Part shown: positions 44,345 through 44,407 of the stretch, piece by piece
How the letters are laid out: each line of letters begins with the position of its first letter
How positions within the stretch are numbered: position 1 is the first letter of the stretch
Assembly: GCA_002269645.1 (NCBI GenBank)
Contig: NIVC01004488.1
Location: 1 to 44,407 of the forward strand
DNA length: 44,407 nucleotides
Direction of reading: 5' to 3'
DNA from: Macrostomum lignano
Taxonomy: Eukaryota
Program-made: the position numbers and the translations under genes
The notes under the pieces: generated by a model
Database searches by the model: none
Seen by the model: the letters and a program-made list of their open reading frames with translations, nothing else
What the model was told of the DNA's origin: nothing

Positions 44345-44407
44345 CTGCAATGAAATATCGAACTCGTCTATTTTAAAGTTGTTTAGCTGTTTACCCTTTT
44401 GGCGCGA

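Overview
Eukaryotic (animal) genomic DNA with GT-AG introns and many tandem repeats. The style resembles a free-living flatworm such as Macrostomum, which is inference only. Three genes are supported. (1) The first three coding exons of an SLC7/LAT-type amino-acid transporter on the - strand (4574 down to 240, continuing off the left edge). (2) A three-exon, 95-aa secreted prepro-peptide on the + strand (17946-21200) that the ORF track misses: signal peptide, acidic pro-piece, KR cleavage site and a cationic 6-Cys EGF-like peptide with unusual Cys spacing. This is the most novel item. (3) Seventeen exons (~4335 aa) of an axonemal outer-arm beta-type dynein heavy chain on the - strand (44344 down to 24991, starting off the right edge). 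It is interrupted by 12 single-base deletions that look like long-read homopolymer errors. The rest is AT-rich intergenic DNA, retroposon and DNA-transposon relics (RTE-like RT, a CCHC LINE tail, a TSD-flanked retroposon, a Tc1 relic, a MITE), and about a dozen mini/microsatellites. These repeats generate most of the long spurious ORFs in the track. No rRNA, tRNA or CRISPR array was seen.
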